This document shows positions 16,372 through 26,954 of a stretch of DNA of 64,000 nt, piece by piece. Position 1 is the first letter of the stretch; each line of letters begins with the position of its first letter. The position numbers were made by a program, and so were the translations under genes. Source of the DNA: an uncultured Bdellovibrionales bacterium (lineage in GTDB: Bacteria; Patescibacteriota; Minisyncoccia; Moranbacterales; UBA1568); the NCBI GenBank assembly GCA_964436855.1, contig CAYTED010000006.1, positions 19,681 through 83,680 of the forward strand. Reading direction: 5' to 3'. The notes beneath the pieces were generated by a model. The model did no database searches, had not been told where the DNA came from, and saw only the letters and a list, made by a program, of their open reading frames with translations.

Positions 16372-17547
16372 GTGTTTATGAAAAAAACGGTGAAAGGGCA
16401 GACTGGTGCTGTTCGGAGGGATGTGGGAGCGAAAGCGCTTGAACTTCATAAAAAACTGCGGGGAAAAATTTCGGTCGAACCAAAAGCGAAGTTGTCGCCA
16501 GAGACACTGAAGCTTCTCTATACGCCGGGTGTAGGTACGGTGTCGCTTGCGCTTGCGGAGAAGCCGGAGCGAACGGATGAATACACGTGGCGAGGAAATA
16601 CAGTGGCGATTGTGTCGGATGGATCGGCAGTGCTTGGACTCGGGAATATTGGCCCCGAGGGTGCCCTTCCGGTTATGGAGGGGAAGGCATTTCTTTTCAA
16701 GGCACTTGCGGGAATTGATGCAGTACCGATTGTACTTGGGGTGCAGTCAATCGAAAGTGTTGTTGAAACAGTAATGAATATTTCGCCATCATTTGGTGGA
16801 ATTAATTTGGAAGATATTGCTGCGCCGGATTGTTTCGAGATCGAGCAACAATTGAGGGAGCGACTCGATATTCCGGTCATGCACGATGATCAGCATGGCA
16901 CGGCGATGGTGGTACTCGCCGGACTGATCAATGCGCTCAAGGTGGTGAAGAAGCGTCCAAAAGATTGCGTGATTGTGGTTGGTGGCGCGGGCGCTGCTGG
17001 GCAGGCAATTGTCGATCTACTTCTTCGCTTTGGCATAGGAGAGATCTTGGTTGTTGATAGTCGAGGCATTATTCATCACGATCGTCCGGATCTCAATAAA
17101 TACAAGAAAGAAATTGCCGACAAGACGAATCAGTCGCGCGTATCGGGCGATCTTACCGAGGCGCTCGCAGGGGCGGATGTCTTTATCGGGGTGTCTCGAG
17201 GTGGAACGGTGACGGAGGATATGGTGCGGTCGATGGCGTCGAAGCCGATTGTATTTGCACTTGCGAATCCGTATCCGGAGATTTTGCCACCGGATGCTCT
17301 GCGTGGTGGGGCGGCAGTTGTTGCGACGGGACGATCGGATTTTCCAAATCAGATCAATAATGCACTTGGATTTCCGGGGATTTTTCGTGGCGCTCTTGAT
17401 AGGGGTGTACGAGAAATTACCGATGATATGCTCTTTCGCGCATCGAAACGATTGGCGGCGATGGTGAAACGACCGACAGCGGACTCTATTATTCCTTCGG
17501 TGTTTGATAAGCAAGTCGCGAAGGAAGTGGCGAAAGCGATTTACTAG
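16372..17547 (+). CDS. NAD(P)-dependent malic enzyme
   Basis: YTPGVG, VSDGSAVLGLGNIGPEGALPVMEGKAFLFKALAGIDAVPIVL, and a Rossmann GGAGAAG motif. Confidence 0.85.
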   Translation: MFMKKTVKGQTGAVRRDVGAKALELHKKLRGKISVEPKAKLSPETLKLLYTPGVGTVSLALAEKPERTDEYTWRGNTVAIVSDGSAVLGLGNIGPEGALPVMEGKAFLFKALAGIDAVPIVLGVQSIESVVETVMNISPSFGGINLEDIAAPDCFEIEQQLRERLDIPVMHDDQHGTAMVVLAGLINALKVVKKRPKDCVIVVGGAGAAGQAIVDLLLRFGIGEILVVDSRGIIHHDRPDLNKYKKEIADKTNQSRVSGDLTEALAGADVFIGVSRGGTVTEDMVRSMASKPIVFALANPYPEILPPDALRGGAAVVATGRSDFPNQINNALGFPGIFRGALDRGVREITDDMLFRASKRLAAMVKRPTADSIIPSVFDKQVAKEVAKAIY

Positions 17548-17597
17548 GCTTGTTTCTTGAAGCGAACAGGCAAAGGGAGTACAATAAAAGAAAAAAA

Positions 17598-19727
17598 ATG
17601 ACGCTTCAGAAAAAAATTTTCGTCATCGTTTTTCCTCTCCTTATCCTCCTGTTCGGACTTGTTTACTGGTATCTCTCGAAGGACCTTTTGGGAAAGATTG
17701 GCAATGCCCAAAAAATTGAAGCCGCAGAGCAAGCATCGCTCGTGCGAAATTTGTTTGAAAATGAGGTTGATAACCTTTTACGAAAAGCAGCTGATTGGTC
17801 GCAGTGGGATGATACTTATGAATTTGTGGAAACCCGCGATCCAGACTATATTGAATCCAATTTGATCGACGAGTCTTTTGTTGCCATTGGTGTCAATGTT
17901 GTTGTCATTCAAAATCATTCCGGAGAGGTGGTTTTCGGCAAAGAGGTTTCTTCCGGAGTCTCGACAGCGGATGTTTCTCCTTACGAAGAAGCATTTTCTC
18001 GACTTTCACAGGAAGTGCTTGCCACACGTGAAAAACGTTCTGGATTCCTTATTCTTCGCAGTAAGGTGTTTTTGGTAACAGCGCAACCCATTCTTCGAAG
18101 TGACGGAAGTGGGGATCCTCGCGGAGTTTTTTTCTTCGGTCAATACTTTGATCGAGAGCTCGAATCGAAGATTGAAAGAGTGAGTGGATCTCATGTTAAT
18201 TTTATTGTGACACCGGACCCATTTTCTCTTGACGGTATTGAGGCAGATCGGGTGGAGAGACTTCTTCGAGGTGAGCAATTGGAACTTGCCTTTCTGTTCG
18301 GAAAGGAAAAAGTTGTAGGGTATGACACCTTGGAGGATATTTTTTCCGAGAAGCGTATGGTGATTCGGACACAGGACATTCCAACGATTTATTTGAATGG
18401 CCATCAAGATGTTTCCTTGTTTGGGTCGTTGATGCTTTTTTTCGGAATAGTCTTTTTTATCATCCTTTTTTTAACGCTTGAGTTTTTTGTTCTCCATCGG
18501 CTGCAGTTGCTTCAGCGAGAGCTTGATACGGTAGGAAGTCCGGATGCGAAAATTTCTCTTTCCGGTAAGGATGAATTTGCGCACATTGCCGATTTGATCA
18601 ATCAAATGCTCAAACGTATTCACTCTACTACGGCAATGGTGTCTTCAGAAAAAGCTCGTGCTGAAGGTATCCTCAAGTATCTTCAATCGATTGGAGAAGC
18701 GGTGTTTGCGACGGATAAAAGCGGGAATATTGTTTTCTGTAACACGAAGGCGATTCAGCTCTCTGGCTTGGATGAAAAAAGCGTTTTGCTTCAAATGGGT
18801 GATTCCACATTCCGTTTTTTTCACGGAACAGGAGAACAGAAAGAAAATCTCTTGCCGGTTTCTTCGGTGCTTGATCGGCATGAGTCCGGAGTTTTTCCAC
18901 AGAAAACATTTTTCGAGCAGTCCAATGGTGCTCTGCTCCCGATCTCGGGGACATACTCGCCTATCCTTGAGCAGGAGTATGTTGTTGGAGTGGTTGTGGT
19001 GTTTCAGGATATGACGGAACGATATGAGCTTGAGAAAGCGAAAGATAACTTTATTTTAGTGGCAGCGCATCAACTCCGGACGCCACTTGGAAGTATGCGG
19101 TGGAATATGGAGCTTTTGAAAAATGGAGACTTTGGAAAGGTTTCCAAAAAAGTCCACTCGGCCGTGGAGGACCTCTATCGCAATAGCGGGCGTATGCTTT
19201 TGCTTGTGAACGATCTGCTCGAGGCTTCCTCTATCGATCGCGGAAAGAAAGAAGAGGAGCCAAGCGATATTGATTTGAAGAAGATCATTACAGATATCGC
19301 AAAGACACTGGAGGGCGAAGCGGAAAAAAAGAACGTTCATATCAAGATGCATATCTCGGATCGTTCCGTTCCAATGTTACACGCCTCGGAAAAGCATATT
19401 TTCGAATCGATCGAGAATTTGGTTTCGAATGCGATTCGGTATAATCGGGCAAATGGTTCGGTTGATATTTTCCTTGATGCCGATGATCAAAAAATAACTC
19501 TGAAGATTCACGATACCGGGATTGGTATTCCGGAAAAGGACCGGGAAAAACTCTTTAAAAAATTCTATCGGGCTTCAAATGCGGCTGTTTCGGATGTCGA
19601 CGGCACCGGACTTGGACTGTATATTTCAAAATCGTATATCGAAGCAGTTGGCGGAACAATTTCTTTTGAAAGTACGGAAAATGTTGGTACCACTTTTGTT
19701 ATCGAGTTTCCAGTTCACAGGCCTTGA
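17598..19727 (+). CDS. sensor histidine kinase with periplasmic sensor, PAS, HisKA and HATPase domains
   Basis: N-terminal TM; H-box VAAHQLRTPLGSMRWNMELL; ATPase motifs IHDTGIGIPEKDREKLFKKFYRA and GTGLGLYISKSYIEAVGG. Start chosen at MTLQKK. Confidence 0.85.
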   Translation: MTLQKKIFVIVFPLLILLFGLVYWYLSKDLLGKIGNAQKIEAAEQASLVRNLFENEVDNLLRKAADWSQWDDTYEFVETRDPDYIESNLIDESFVAIGVNVVVIQNHSGEVVFGKEVSSGVSTADVSPYEEAFSRLSQEVLATREKRSGFLILRSKVFLVTAQPILRSDGSGDPRGVFFFGQYFDRELESKIERVSGSHVNFIVTPDPFSLDGIEADRVERLLRGEQLELAFLFGKEKVVGYDTLEDIFSEKRMVIRTQDIPTIYLNGHQDVSLFGSLMLFFGIVFFIILFLTLEFFVLHRLQLLQRELDTVGSPDAKISLSGKDEFAHIADLINQMLKRIHSTTAMVSSEKARAEGILKYLQSIGEAVFATDKSGNIVFCNTKAIQLSGLDEKSVLLQMGDSTFRFFHGTGEQKENLLPVSSVLDRHESGVFPQKTFFEQSNGALLPISGTYSPILEQEYVVGVVVVFQDMTERYELEKAKDNFILVAAHQLRTPLGSMRWNMELLKNGDFGKVSKKVHSAVEDLYRNSGRMLLLVNDLLEASSIDRGKKEEEPSDIDLKKIITDIAKTLEGEAEKKNVHIKMHISDRSVPMLHASEKHIFESIENLVSNAIRYNRANGSVDIFLDADDQKITLKIHDTGIGIPEKDREKLFKKFYRASNAAVSDVDGTGLGLYISKSYIEAVGGTISFESTENVGTTFVIEFPVHRP

Positions 19728-19755
19728 GAGAAGTGTATACTGGAGAGAGGAAGGG

Positions 19756-20349
19756 ATGCGTCGGATAGAGAATTTTTTAAAGGAAGAAAAAAGTATGAAT
19801 GAAACAACGATTGTTCCGGGGAAAAAGCCGGTGATTGTACAGTGGCTCTTGGTTGCCGGCCTTGCGATTGTGACGAATTTGTTTGTGCTGCAGATTGAGC
19901 GTGTCGTCTTTGATGAGCCGCAGTATGAGGCGTTCTGTCCGGTTCCGCAGGTGTCGAGAGTGGTTGAAACCGAGGCCGAGTGTCTTTCGTCAGGTGGGCG
20001 GTGGAATGAAAACATCCCTCAAAAAAATATCGAACCGGTCGTTTCGGGATATTGTGAAGAGAATTTTACCTGCAACAAACAATTCGAAGAAGCACACAAG
20101 GTGTATGAGCGCGATTCGTTTGTCGTGTCGGTGATTGCGGGTGTTGTTATTCTTGCGTTTGCAGCGTTTCTTCCGGCACTTGCCGGCGTCGTCGGGAATG
20201 GACTTTCGTTTGGAGCGATCCTTCTTCTTATTGTCAGTTCGACCACGTATTGGACCTATATGGAAGAGTGGCTCCGACTGATTGTGCTTGCGGTTGCCTT
20301 TGTATCTCTTATCGGTATTGCGGTGAAAAAATTCGGCGATCGAAATTGA
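19756..20349 (+). CDS. membrane protein with a Cys-containing extracellular segment
   Basis: Frame overlaps the kinase 3' end. First plausible starts are 19756 and 19795, the latter with an aggaag SD. Two or three TM helices. Confidence 0.45.
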   Translation: MRRIENFLKEEKSMNETTIVPGKKPVIVQWLLVAGLAIVTNLFVLQIERVVFDEPQYEAFCPVPQVSRVVETEAECLSSGGRWNENIPQKNIEPVVSGYCEENFTCNKQFEEAHKVYERDSFVVSVIAGVVILAFAAFLPALAGVVGNGLSFGAILLLIVSSTTYWTYMEEWLRLIVLAVAFVSLIGIAVKKFGDRN

Positions 20350-20366
20350 GGTATACTGTTTTTGTT

Positions 20367-20990
20367 ATGAACAAAGAAATGAACCATGTAGAAGAGCCTG
20401 AGGTTTTGGAGGAGACGCCTTCTCAAACAGCAAATGGAAGATCATCTTCGAAAGAGGCGATGCTTGGAATGTTTCTTTTTATTTCGCTCATTCTTTTTTT
20501 TCTTGTGATTGTTTCGTATGTTGGGTTTGCGCTCTATGGAGGAGTGCATGATCGAATGAGTACGGAGGAGGGAGAGTCGATCGCCTTGCTTCCAAAGGCC
20601 GAGATGAAACAATCGGAATCAATCGAAATGGCGAAGCCTATGGAAGAGTCGAAGGAACCATTAGCGCAAGAGTCGCGAACACAAATGACAACACCCGAAC
20701 CGAACACAAAAATCGCAATTAAAGTGCTCAATGGCGGTGCGGCGAAGGGGAGTGCTTCAGTGTATGCGGATATTCTGAAAGGAGCGGGGTATACATCAGT
20801 AACGGCGGGAAATTCTGCCGGGGATTATACCGGCGTGTCGGTGTATTATGCGCAGGCAGGCACGCAAGCGAATGCCGAAGCGGTGAAAGCGGCACTCTCG
20901 AAAAAGGCGCCGAATGCCGAAGTGAGGATCGGTGTCGCGAACAGTGCCGATACCGGATCGTCCGCGATTACGGTGATCGTGGGGAAATAA
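20367..20990 (+). CDS. membrane-anchored LytR_C-like domain protein
   Basis: TM (LGMFLFISLILFFLVIVSYVGFALY) and a C-terminal ...IAIKVLNGGAAKGSASVYADILKGAGYTSV...VIVGK domain resembling LytR C-terminal domains. Start at MNKEMNH. Confidence 0.5.
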   Translation: MNKEMNHVEEPEVLEETPSQTANGRSSSKEAMLGMFLFISLILFFLVIVSYVGFALYGGVHDRMSTEEGESIALLPKAEMKQSESIEMAKPMEESKEPLAQESRTQMTTPEPNTKIAIKVLNGGAAKGSASVYADILKGAGYTSVTAGNSAGDYTGVSVYYAQAGTQANAEAVKAALSKKAPNAEVRIGVANSADTGSSAITVIVGK

Positions 20991-21061
20991 TGCCCCGCAT
21001 GTACTTGTTGTCATGCCGGATTTGAACCGGTATCTTTTTTTATCTTATCAGCCTCTCTCTA

Positions 21062-21997
21062 CTATCTTTCTCCTCTCTTCCTTTTTGCGGCGTGGAATTT
21101 TTTGTGGGTTTCTTTCAGGTATTCGTTCGAAACATGGGTGTAGATCTGGGTCGTGGTGATAGAGCTGTGGCCGAGCATGGTTTGAACACTTCGAATATCG
21201 GCGCCGTTTTGGAGAAGGTCGGTCGCGAAACTGTGGCGGAGGGTGTGCGGGTGGACATCCTTCACAATACCGGCTTTCGCGGCAGAGTGCTTTACGATAC
21301 GCTGGACGCTCCGTGCAGTGAGGCGGATGGATTTTTTGTCGATTTTTTCCGGGTGTTTTGGAAAGGAAACAAAGAGCGCCGAATCGAGGTCGTCGCGTTT
21401 TTTGAGGTACGATTCGAGTGCGTTTTTCGCCGATGGAGAGAGAAAAACGATACGAAGTTTACTCCCTTTGCCGCGGACGCTGAACTCTTCTTTTTTCAGA
21501 TTGATGTGGTCGCGATTGAGGTTTACGAGCTCGGAAACGCGAAGGCCGGCAGAGAAGAGGAGTTCGAGGATTGCGCGGTCACGGAGGGATTTTCGGTCGG
21601 AGCCGTTTGCTGACTCGATGAGGCGGAGCACTTCGTCGTATTCTAGAAAATCGACTTGTCGCATCGGCACCTTTCCAATTTCAATTTTTTCCGCCGGGAC
21701 GGCCGCAATGTCTTCTTTGGCAAGGAACTTAAGAAAGGATCGGAGAACGACGATGTGGAAGGTTTGGCTGACCTTTTTCATCGGTTCGCCTCGACCGGTT
21801 TCGAGACGGTTCAGGTATATCCGGTATTCGCGGATTTTTTCGAGAGTGATGCTTTCCGGGTCGATAATACGTCCCCAGTTGGTGAATTTTACGAGCGATC
21901 GCTCGTAGTTTGCAAGGGTCCGGGGCGCTCGATTGAGTTCGATTTCCAGGTGCTCGAGGAATTTTTGAATGAGGGATTGTATTTTTGTCGTTGGCAT
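21062..21997 (-). CDS. tyrosine recombinase XerC/XerD family
   Basis: C-terminal catalytic motifs HTLRHSFATDLL and LGHSSITTTQIYTHV (R-H-R-Y), 311 aa. Confidence 0.9.
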   Translation of the reverse strand: MPTTKIQSLIQKFLEHLEIELNRAPRTLANYERSLVKFTNWGRIIDPESITLEKIREYRIYLNRLETGRGEPMKKVSQTFHIVVLRSFLKFLAKEDIAAVPAEKIEIGKVPMRQVDFLEYDEVLRLIESANGSDRKSLRDRAILELLFSAGLRVSELVNLNRDHINLKKEEFSVRGKGSKLRIVFLSPSAKNALESYLKKRDDLDSALFVSFPKHPEKIDKKSIRLTARSVQRIVKHSAAKAGIVKDVHPHTLRHSFATDLLQNGADIRSVQTMLGHSSITTTQIYTHVSNEYLKETHKKFHAAKRKRGER

Positions 21998-22184
21998 AGG
22001 GATATTATAAGGAGATTGTGGAAATTATGATAGAAGATACTCGATAAAGGATATCAGATAATGGATGATAGAGAGCTCGTAATGAGAAGTTGATGGTTTT
22101 TGACGGCTCGATTTTTCTATTATCCACTATCCAATATCTACTCTCAAATTTTCCCTTATTTAAGGGAAAATTTACACTTTTCGA

Positions 22185-22213
22185 TTGACAGAAACCGCCC
22201 AGGTCGGTACAAT
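22185..22213 (+). promoter_or_regulatory. strong sigma70-like promoter (TTGACA-17-TACAAT)
   Basis: Consensus -35 TTGACA, exact 17-bp spacer, -10 TACAAT, 43 bp upstream of the TTG start at 22256. The palindrome TTTCCCTTATTTAAGGGAAA (22150-22170) lies just upstream. Confidence 0.6.
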
Positions 22214-22255
22214 GGCCTTTGTAAAAATTAGGGCAAAAGCCGATGGTCCGATTTC

Positions 22256-23551
22256 TTGCCATTTGGGCAAACCGGTTCTACCGCTTGCGCTTATCGAAAG
22301 GACATTCCTATTATTCAGCGACTTTTCAAAGGTTTGCTTGAACGAAAGGAAGATCTTGTTCAAAGCTTCCGGGATTTTCATACCCGGTTGCATCATTATC
22401 AGACTTCATTCTCGCGTTTCGTGAAAGAAGGAAAGACGGGGCGGTGGCTCCTTCGGACTTTTCGAACATCGTCGGCGTTTTCGGTGGTGTTCTCGAGCGC
22501 GCTTCTTGTTTCCGTAACCAATTTTTCCCAAGGGAGGGAAAATGACGGAACACTCCTCGGCTACTTCAGCGGTTCCGGTGAAACTGTGGCATCTTCGACC
22601 GGAAAGCGTCTTGCGGCGCAGCTTCCGCGTACTGACAATCTCTCGCTTGTACCCCTCGCGAGCGCGTCATCGAGCTTTGACGCGTCGGATAAAGATAGTG
22701 TCAGTACGATTTTCGATATTACCGGGAATACGAAGCTTTCGCTCGAGAGCCAGCTTGTCCTTTCGGATTATCAGGGCAGTCCGAATATCGCCCGCGATCC
22801 GGAAGAAGACGATGGAGTGAAAATCTACACCGTCGAATCGGGTGATACCATTTCCGGTATTGCGGCAAAGTTTGATATTACCGTAAACACCGTGCTTTGG
22901 GCGAACGATATTGAAAATATCGACTCGATCAAGCCGGGTGATCAGATCTTCATTCTTCCGATCGCCGGTCTTACACATATCGTGAAGGAAGGCGAGACGA
23001 TCGACGATATCGCGAAAAAATATCAGGCCGATCGTGAGAAAATTATCGCGTTCAATGACTTGCCGGCCAATGGAGAAATCAAGGCAAATGCGAGTATTGT
23101 TATTCCCGGCGGAGTAAAGGAAGTGCCGGTGGCATCGGGACTTGCATCGGGATTGGGGCGGCGTCAATACGCAACTTCGGCCGGCGGCGCGACAACCGAT
23201 CTCTCGGTTTCCGGTTGGCGAAAATTGGAAGGAAAGGCCGGCACGGGGCACCGGTTCCCGTATGGGTATTGCACGTGGTATGTGGCACAAAGGCGCTATG
23301 TGCCATGGGGAGGTAATGCGGGGACCTGGCTTTATAATGCGAAGGCGCTTGGGTATAAAACCGGCAAAGCTCCAACCGCTGGCTCGATCGTTGTGACGAC
23401 GGAAAACCGCTACTATGGTCACGTGGCCATTGTCGAAAAAGTCGAGAATGGGCAAATCTATGTGAGTGAAATGAATTACCGCGGTTGGGCGAAGACGAGC
23501 AAGCGCTGGCTTTTGACCTCAAGCCGCGTGATCAAGGGGTATATTTATTAG
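22256..23551 (+). CDS. peptidoglycan hydrolase with 2 LysM domains and a C-terminal CHAP domain
   Basis: Two LysM repeats (YTVESGDTISGIAAKFDITVNTVLWAN; HIVKEGETIDDIAKKYQADREKIIAFNDL). CHAP motifs with catalytic Cys (GYCTWYVAQ) and His (GHVAIVEKV). TM anchor. TTG start, uncertain. Confidence 0.8.
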   Translation: MPFGQTGSTACAYRKDIPIIQRLFKGLLERKEDLVQSFRDFHTRLHHYQTSFSRFVKEGKTGRWLLRTFRTSSAFSVVFSSALLVSVTNFSQGRENDGTLLGYFSGSGETVASSTGKRLAAQLPRTDNLSLVPLASASSSFDASDKDSVSTIFDITGNTKLSLESQLVLSDYQGSPNIARDPEEDDGVKIYTVESGDTISGIAAKFDITVNTVLWANDIENIDSIKPGDQIFILPIAGLTHIVKEGETIDDIAKKYQADREKIIAFNDLPANGEIKANASIVIPGGVKEVPVASGLASGLGRRQYATSAGGATTDLSVSGWRKLEGKAGTGHRFPYGYCTWYVAQRRYVPWGGNAGTWLYNAKALGYKTGKAPTAGSIVVTTENRYYGHVAIVEKVENGQIYVSEMNYRGWAKTSKRWLLTSSRVIKGYIY

Positions 23552-23619
23552 GAAATTCTGAATGACGGACTCTTAAATTTTGTCATTCCGAGCGAAGTCA
23601 AGGAATCTTATACTTTCTC

Positions 23620-23652
23620 ACAAAGGCCGGCGGAGCAATCCGCCGGTTTTTG
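23620..23652 (+). terminator. rho-independent terminator
   Basis: gccggcgg-agcaatc-ccgccggc followed by TTTTTGG. Confidence 0.7.
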
Positions 23653-23866
23653 GTTGTTAGGATTTTGGCTTAGGAAGGGCTGACTTGACAAGATCAGGAT
23701 GGAGGATTTGCAGAAAATATGGTTTTGTGGTATAAAGGAAATAGCAATGAGGAAGGAGGGAGTCGCTTGAACAAGCGGTCTTCTCCTCTCGTTCTCTTAC
23801 AACTGAATTCCGCGCTTCGGCGGAGTTACGCCGAAAGGCGGGTAGAGCCCTTGAGTGGGCGAGGAG

Positions 23867-24406
23867 ATGGAAATGAAACGGGTTATCATCGCACTCGCGG
23901 CGATCGCCGCGTTTCTCGGATTCGGCTTTGGTCCCTCTGTGGATTGCGGCAACTGCAAGGTCGCGGGCGTACCAACGATCGCGACGATCGGTTTCGTCGC
24001 TCCGGCGATGGCGGCGCAGCCGGTGCCGAAGGAGCTTAGTGTTCCGAAGTTCTGTGAGAAGGTGGAGTTCACGTGGCTCGTTCAGTATGATATCTCTCCA
24101 ATGAAAAGAGCGGGCATATCCAACGGGAAACAAGTAGTTGACATCGGTTGGGGAGATAGGGTTCCCGGAAGCCAAGATGAACGTGAGGGGTATCTCAAGA
24201 GAAAAACAACAGGAAAGGGTTTCTGGGCCATTGAGGTTGATACCAGTGTTTCTTACTCGGTTATTTCCGTTACGGCACGAACCCTCGATGGAAGAGGCAT
24301 GCCGCTCTGGACTGCGGAATGGACCAAGTGGAAGAAGGAAACAGGTTTCGTGGTTGAATCGGTTTACGGATCGGGCGAGAGAAAAGAGGTGTGCTGGCGC
24401 AAATGA
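23867..24406 (+). CDS. secreted hypothetical protein (GC-rich)
   Basis: Signal peptide MEMKRVIIALAAIAAFLGFGFG. GC content noticeably above the flanking DNA. Confidence 0.5.
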   Translation: MEMKRVIIALAAIAAFLGFGFGPSVDCGNCKVAGVPTIATIGFVAPAMAAQPVPKELSVPKFCEKVEFTWLVQYDISPMKRAGISNGKQVVDIGWGDRVPGSQDEREGYLKRKTTGKGFWAIEVDTSVSYSVISVTARTLDGRGMPLWTAEWTKWKKETGFVVESVYGSGERKEVCWRK

Positions 24407-24433
24407 TGCGCAAGCAGGTGTGTCATTTCGGGA

Positions 24434-24474
24434 TGGCGAGGAAGCATAGAGTCTTTCCTCGCCGATTTTTTTTC
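24434..24474 (+). terminator. rho-independent terminator
   Basis: ggcgaggaa-gcatagagtct-ttcctcgcc followed by gattttttttcc. Confidence 0.6.
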
Positions 24475-24491
24475 CCTATAATAGAGAAAGA

Positions 24492-26546
24492 ATGTCTTCG
24501 CAAAAGAAAAAGATATTTTTTTCTTCATTTTTGGCGCTTCTCATAGCGTTCAGCTTTTTCTTTTTTTCAGAAAAATCTTTTGCGCAAGAAAAGATTAGCA
24601 AAGAAGTACGGGGTGCAGCTGCAACTGAGGCAGCAAAAAATCAGACAAATGCATCCACACCATCAGGAAAGTCGAATCCGGCGCCATCCGGCGGAAGGGA
24701 AATTGGTGGGGACGGCTGTTCCTTAGTAAATCTTCCCTGTATAGCTTTCCAGGTGATTTTATATGGTTTGTTGAAGTTCTGTGTCTTGCTCGCGAGTCTT
24801 GCCGGCTATCTTTTCTCGCTCGTGATCGACGTCCCGCTCTTTAAGTCTCTTATGACCAATCCGGTCGTTTACGAGATCTGGAAGCTCGTCAGGGATTTCT
24901 TTAATATTTTCTTTATCCTCGTTCTTCTTCTTGCGGCATTTGCGACGATTTTTCAGGTGGACAAATACAGCGTGAAGGGTGGAGCGCTCAAAAAAATCGT
25001 CCTTGCGGCGCTCTTTATCAATTTCAGTTATCCGATCGCGCTTGCGATTATCGACTTCGGGAATGTAATGCTCTATTCATTGGTGAATGACGTGTTTGGT
25101 GTGAAGGACGCTTCTGGAGATGTTCTTGGTGTGTCCGGAATTGCGGATATCTTTTTCCCAAAGGGCTTCGATCGATCGGTTGGTTTTGGTACCTATTTTC
25201 TGTCTATTGTGTGTATGTTCCTTTTTGCGACTTCATTTCTCACGCTTTCGGTACTCATGCTTGTGCGGCTGGTGATGCTTCCTATTCTTGTAATGTTCTC
25301 GCCAGTCGGGTTTGCGGCATCGGCATTTCCCGGGATGGGAAAATTTTCGAGCGACTGGTGGAATATGCTTATTAAGTACACGTTCTATGGGCCGATTGCG
25401 ATGTTTATGATTCTTATCGCGCTCAAGTTTCTTCAAACATTTGAAGGATTAAAAAAATCCGGTGTTGGTGTGGGTGGCGCCTTCTATACGAGTAGCACGG
25501 GATTTTTGAGTACGCTTGTATACTTCACTATCCCCATTATTTTTATGTGGATTGCGATTACGACGGCGGAGAAATTAAGTTCGCAAACAGCTGGTTTCGC
25601 GGGAGATTGGGGGAAAAAAGCAAGACAGAAATTGCAGGCATGGGGGAAGAAGGGCGGGATGGGGGCTTTGGGTTGGACTGGTCGAACTATTGGTGTTACG
25701 GGAACATATGAGAATGCGAAAGCCGGAATGAAAAATTGGTGGGATAGGGATGGTTTTGTTGCAAAAAGAACCGCTCGATTGCGACAAGGTGGTTTTAATG
25801 CGTATCGTGCCAAGCAGGAGGAGTTGAAAAAATATGATGATGAGGTAAATAAGCAGAGATCAGAGGATCTTGGCAAACCTGGGAAAAATGCGGCTCGCGA
25901 TGAGATGGATAAAAAAGATAAAGAACTTATCGCCAAGGGCGGTGAAGTTGGCAAGGTTGCGCAGAAACGATACAACGATCGGAAACGAACGGCAAATAAC
26001 GAGGATATCAAGAAGAAAAAGGAAGAGCTGGAAAATTCCGGAATGTCCAATGATGCAGGCGCGCTTTTGACGAGAATGAATGAGATTGACGCAAAAGGCG
26101 TCACAGCGACCAAGGAAGAACAAATAGAGCGTGCCGCACTTGCCTCACACCTTATAAAAGCGAAGGCAGGAATGTCCAGAGATGCGCAAGAGGAGTTTTT
26201 GGAAAAGCACTCAAGTGTTAATGCCATGGTGAATAAGGAATACAAAGATATTTTTGGCGATCGTCCGGACCCGAGTCTTCCGGGTGGTACGGAGAAAGCG
26301 AAAGAATATGATAGAAAAAAGCAGGAGTATGAAGATTTGCGCAATAAAGCAAAGGCCGCTCGGGCGAGGCTACAGAGTCCAAATCCAATGAGTGTCTATA
26401 CCGGGAGTAAGGAAGATCGGGATAAGAAGATGAAATCTGATCGGGTTGCGATCGAACAATTCCTTTCTTATAAAACAAAGACTGGTATTCAAGGGGGAAG
26501 TGATTTTGACACCGATACCACTAATTTCAGTTCTTCTACGCCATAA
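24492..26546 (+). CDS. polytopic membrane protein, VirB6/TrbL-like (type IV secretion channel component candidate)
   Basis: Signal peptide, Cys-containing N-domain (GDGCSLVNLPC), at least 6 TM helices, then a ~330-aa Lys/Glu/Asp-rich C-terminal tail. Same strand and neighbourhood as virB3/virB4-like genes. Confidence 0.45.
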   Translation: MSSQKKKIFFSSFLALLIAFSFFFFSEKSFAQEKISKEVRGAAATEAAKNQTNASTPSGKSNPAPSGGREIGGDGCSLVNLPCIAFQVILYGLLKFCVLLASLAGYLFSLVIDVPLFKSLMTNPVVYEIWKLVRDFFNIFFILVLLLAAFATIFQVDKYSVKGGALKKIVLAALFINFSYPIALAIIDFGNVMLYSLVNDVFGVKDASGDVLGVSGIADIFFPKGFDRSVGFGTYFLSIVCMFLFATSFLTLSVLMLVRLVMLPILVMFSPVGFAASAFPGMGKFSSDWWNMLIKYTFYGPIAMFMILIALKFLQTFEGLKKSGVGVGGAFYTSSTGFLSTLVYFTIPIIFMWIAITTAEKLSSQTAGFAGDWGKKARQKLQAWGKKGGMGALGWTGRTIGVTGTYENAKAGMKNWWDRDGFVAKRTARLRQGGFNAYRAKQEELKKYDDEVNKQRSEDLGKPGKNAARDEMDKKDKELIAKGGEVGKVAQKRYNDRKRTANNEDIKKKKEELENSGMSNDAGALLTRMNEIDAKGVTATKEEQIERAALASHLIKAKAGMSRDAQEEFLEKHSSVNAMVNKEYKDIFGDRPDPSLPGGTEKAKEYDRKKQEYEDLRNKAKAARARLQSPNPMSVYTGSKEDRDKKMKSDRVAIEQFLSYKTKTGIQGGSDFDTDTTNFSSSTP

Positions 26547-26555
26547 AAAAAGTTT

Positions 26556-26954
26556 ATGAGGCTTTTAATTACAGAGGAAACAGCTGTTTTTGAACGATAT
26601 GTTACTCCGCATCTGAAAAATTTAGGGGACAGCCTTGGTGTACGAAAAACGGCGTACGAGGTTTTCGTACGAAAACCGGAGGATATTCTTTTGATAAGTG
26701 GAACCGAGCTTGCGTTCGGGGCGACGGTCGCGGGGCTGACAGAGGCGATGGCGGAAGTTTTGCTTCGGCATGGGACACGGTCGCAGAAAGAAGGTCTAGC
26801 GGATTTTCTTTCGGATGAGGAAGCGTTGAATGAAGCGATGAAAGTGGCGGAAGATATGGATGATGATGAGGAAGCGCGCGGATCAACCAAACATCGGGAG
26901 CGTGTGGCGCGAGTGATACGGTATTTGAGGGATAATGAAATGGTGATCCATTGA
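26556..26954 (+). CDS. hypothetical acidic protein
   Basis: 132-aa ORF following the VirB6-like gene; no recognisable domain. Confidence 0.4.
   Translation: MRLLITEETAVFERYVTPHLKNLGDSLGVRKTAYEVFVRKPEDILLISGTELAFGATVAGLTEAMAEVLLRHGTRSQKEGLADFLSDEEALNEAMKVAEDMDDDEEARGSTKHRERVARVIRYLRDNEMVIH

Noticed and set aside
20990-21062. tRNA-like look of gcatgtacttgttgtcatgccggatttgaaccggtatc between the LytR_C gene and xerC
   Set aside because: No cloverleaf could be folded by hand (no acceptor/T-arm pairing). Probably just the 3' UTR.
22185-22424. 79-aa ORF overlapping the strong TTGACA-17-TACAAT promoter
   Set aside because: It begins inside the promoter of the LysM-CHAP gene and overlaps it out of frame, so is unlikely to be a real gene.
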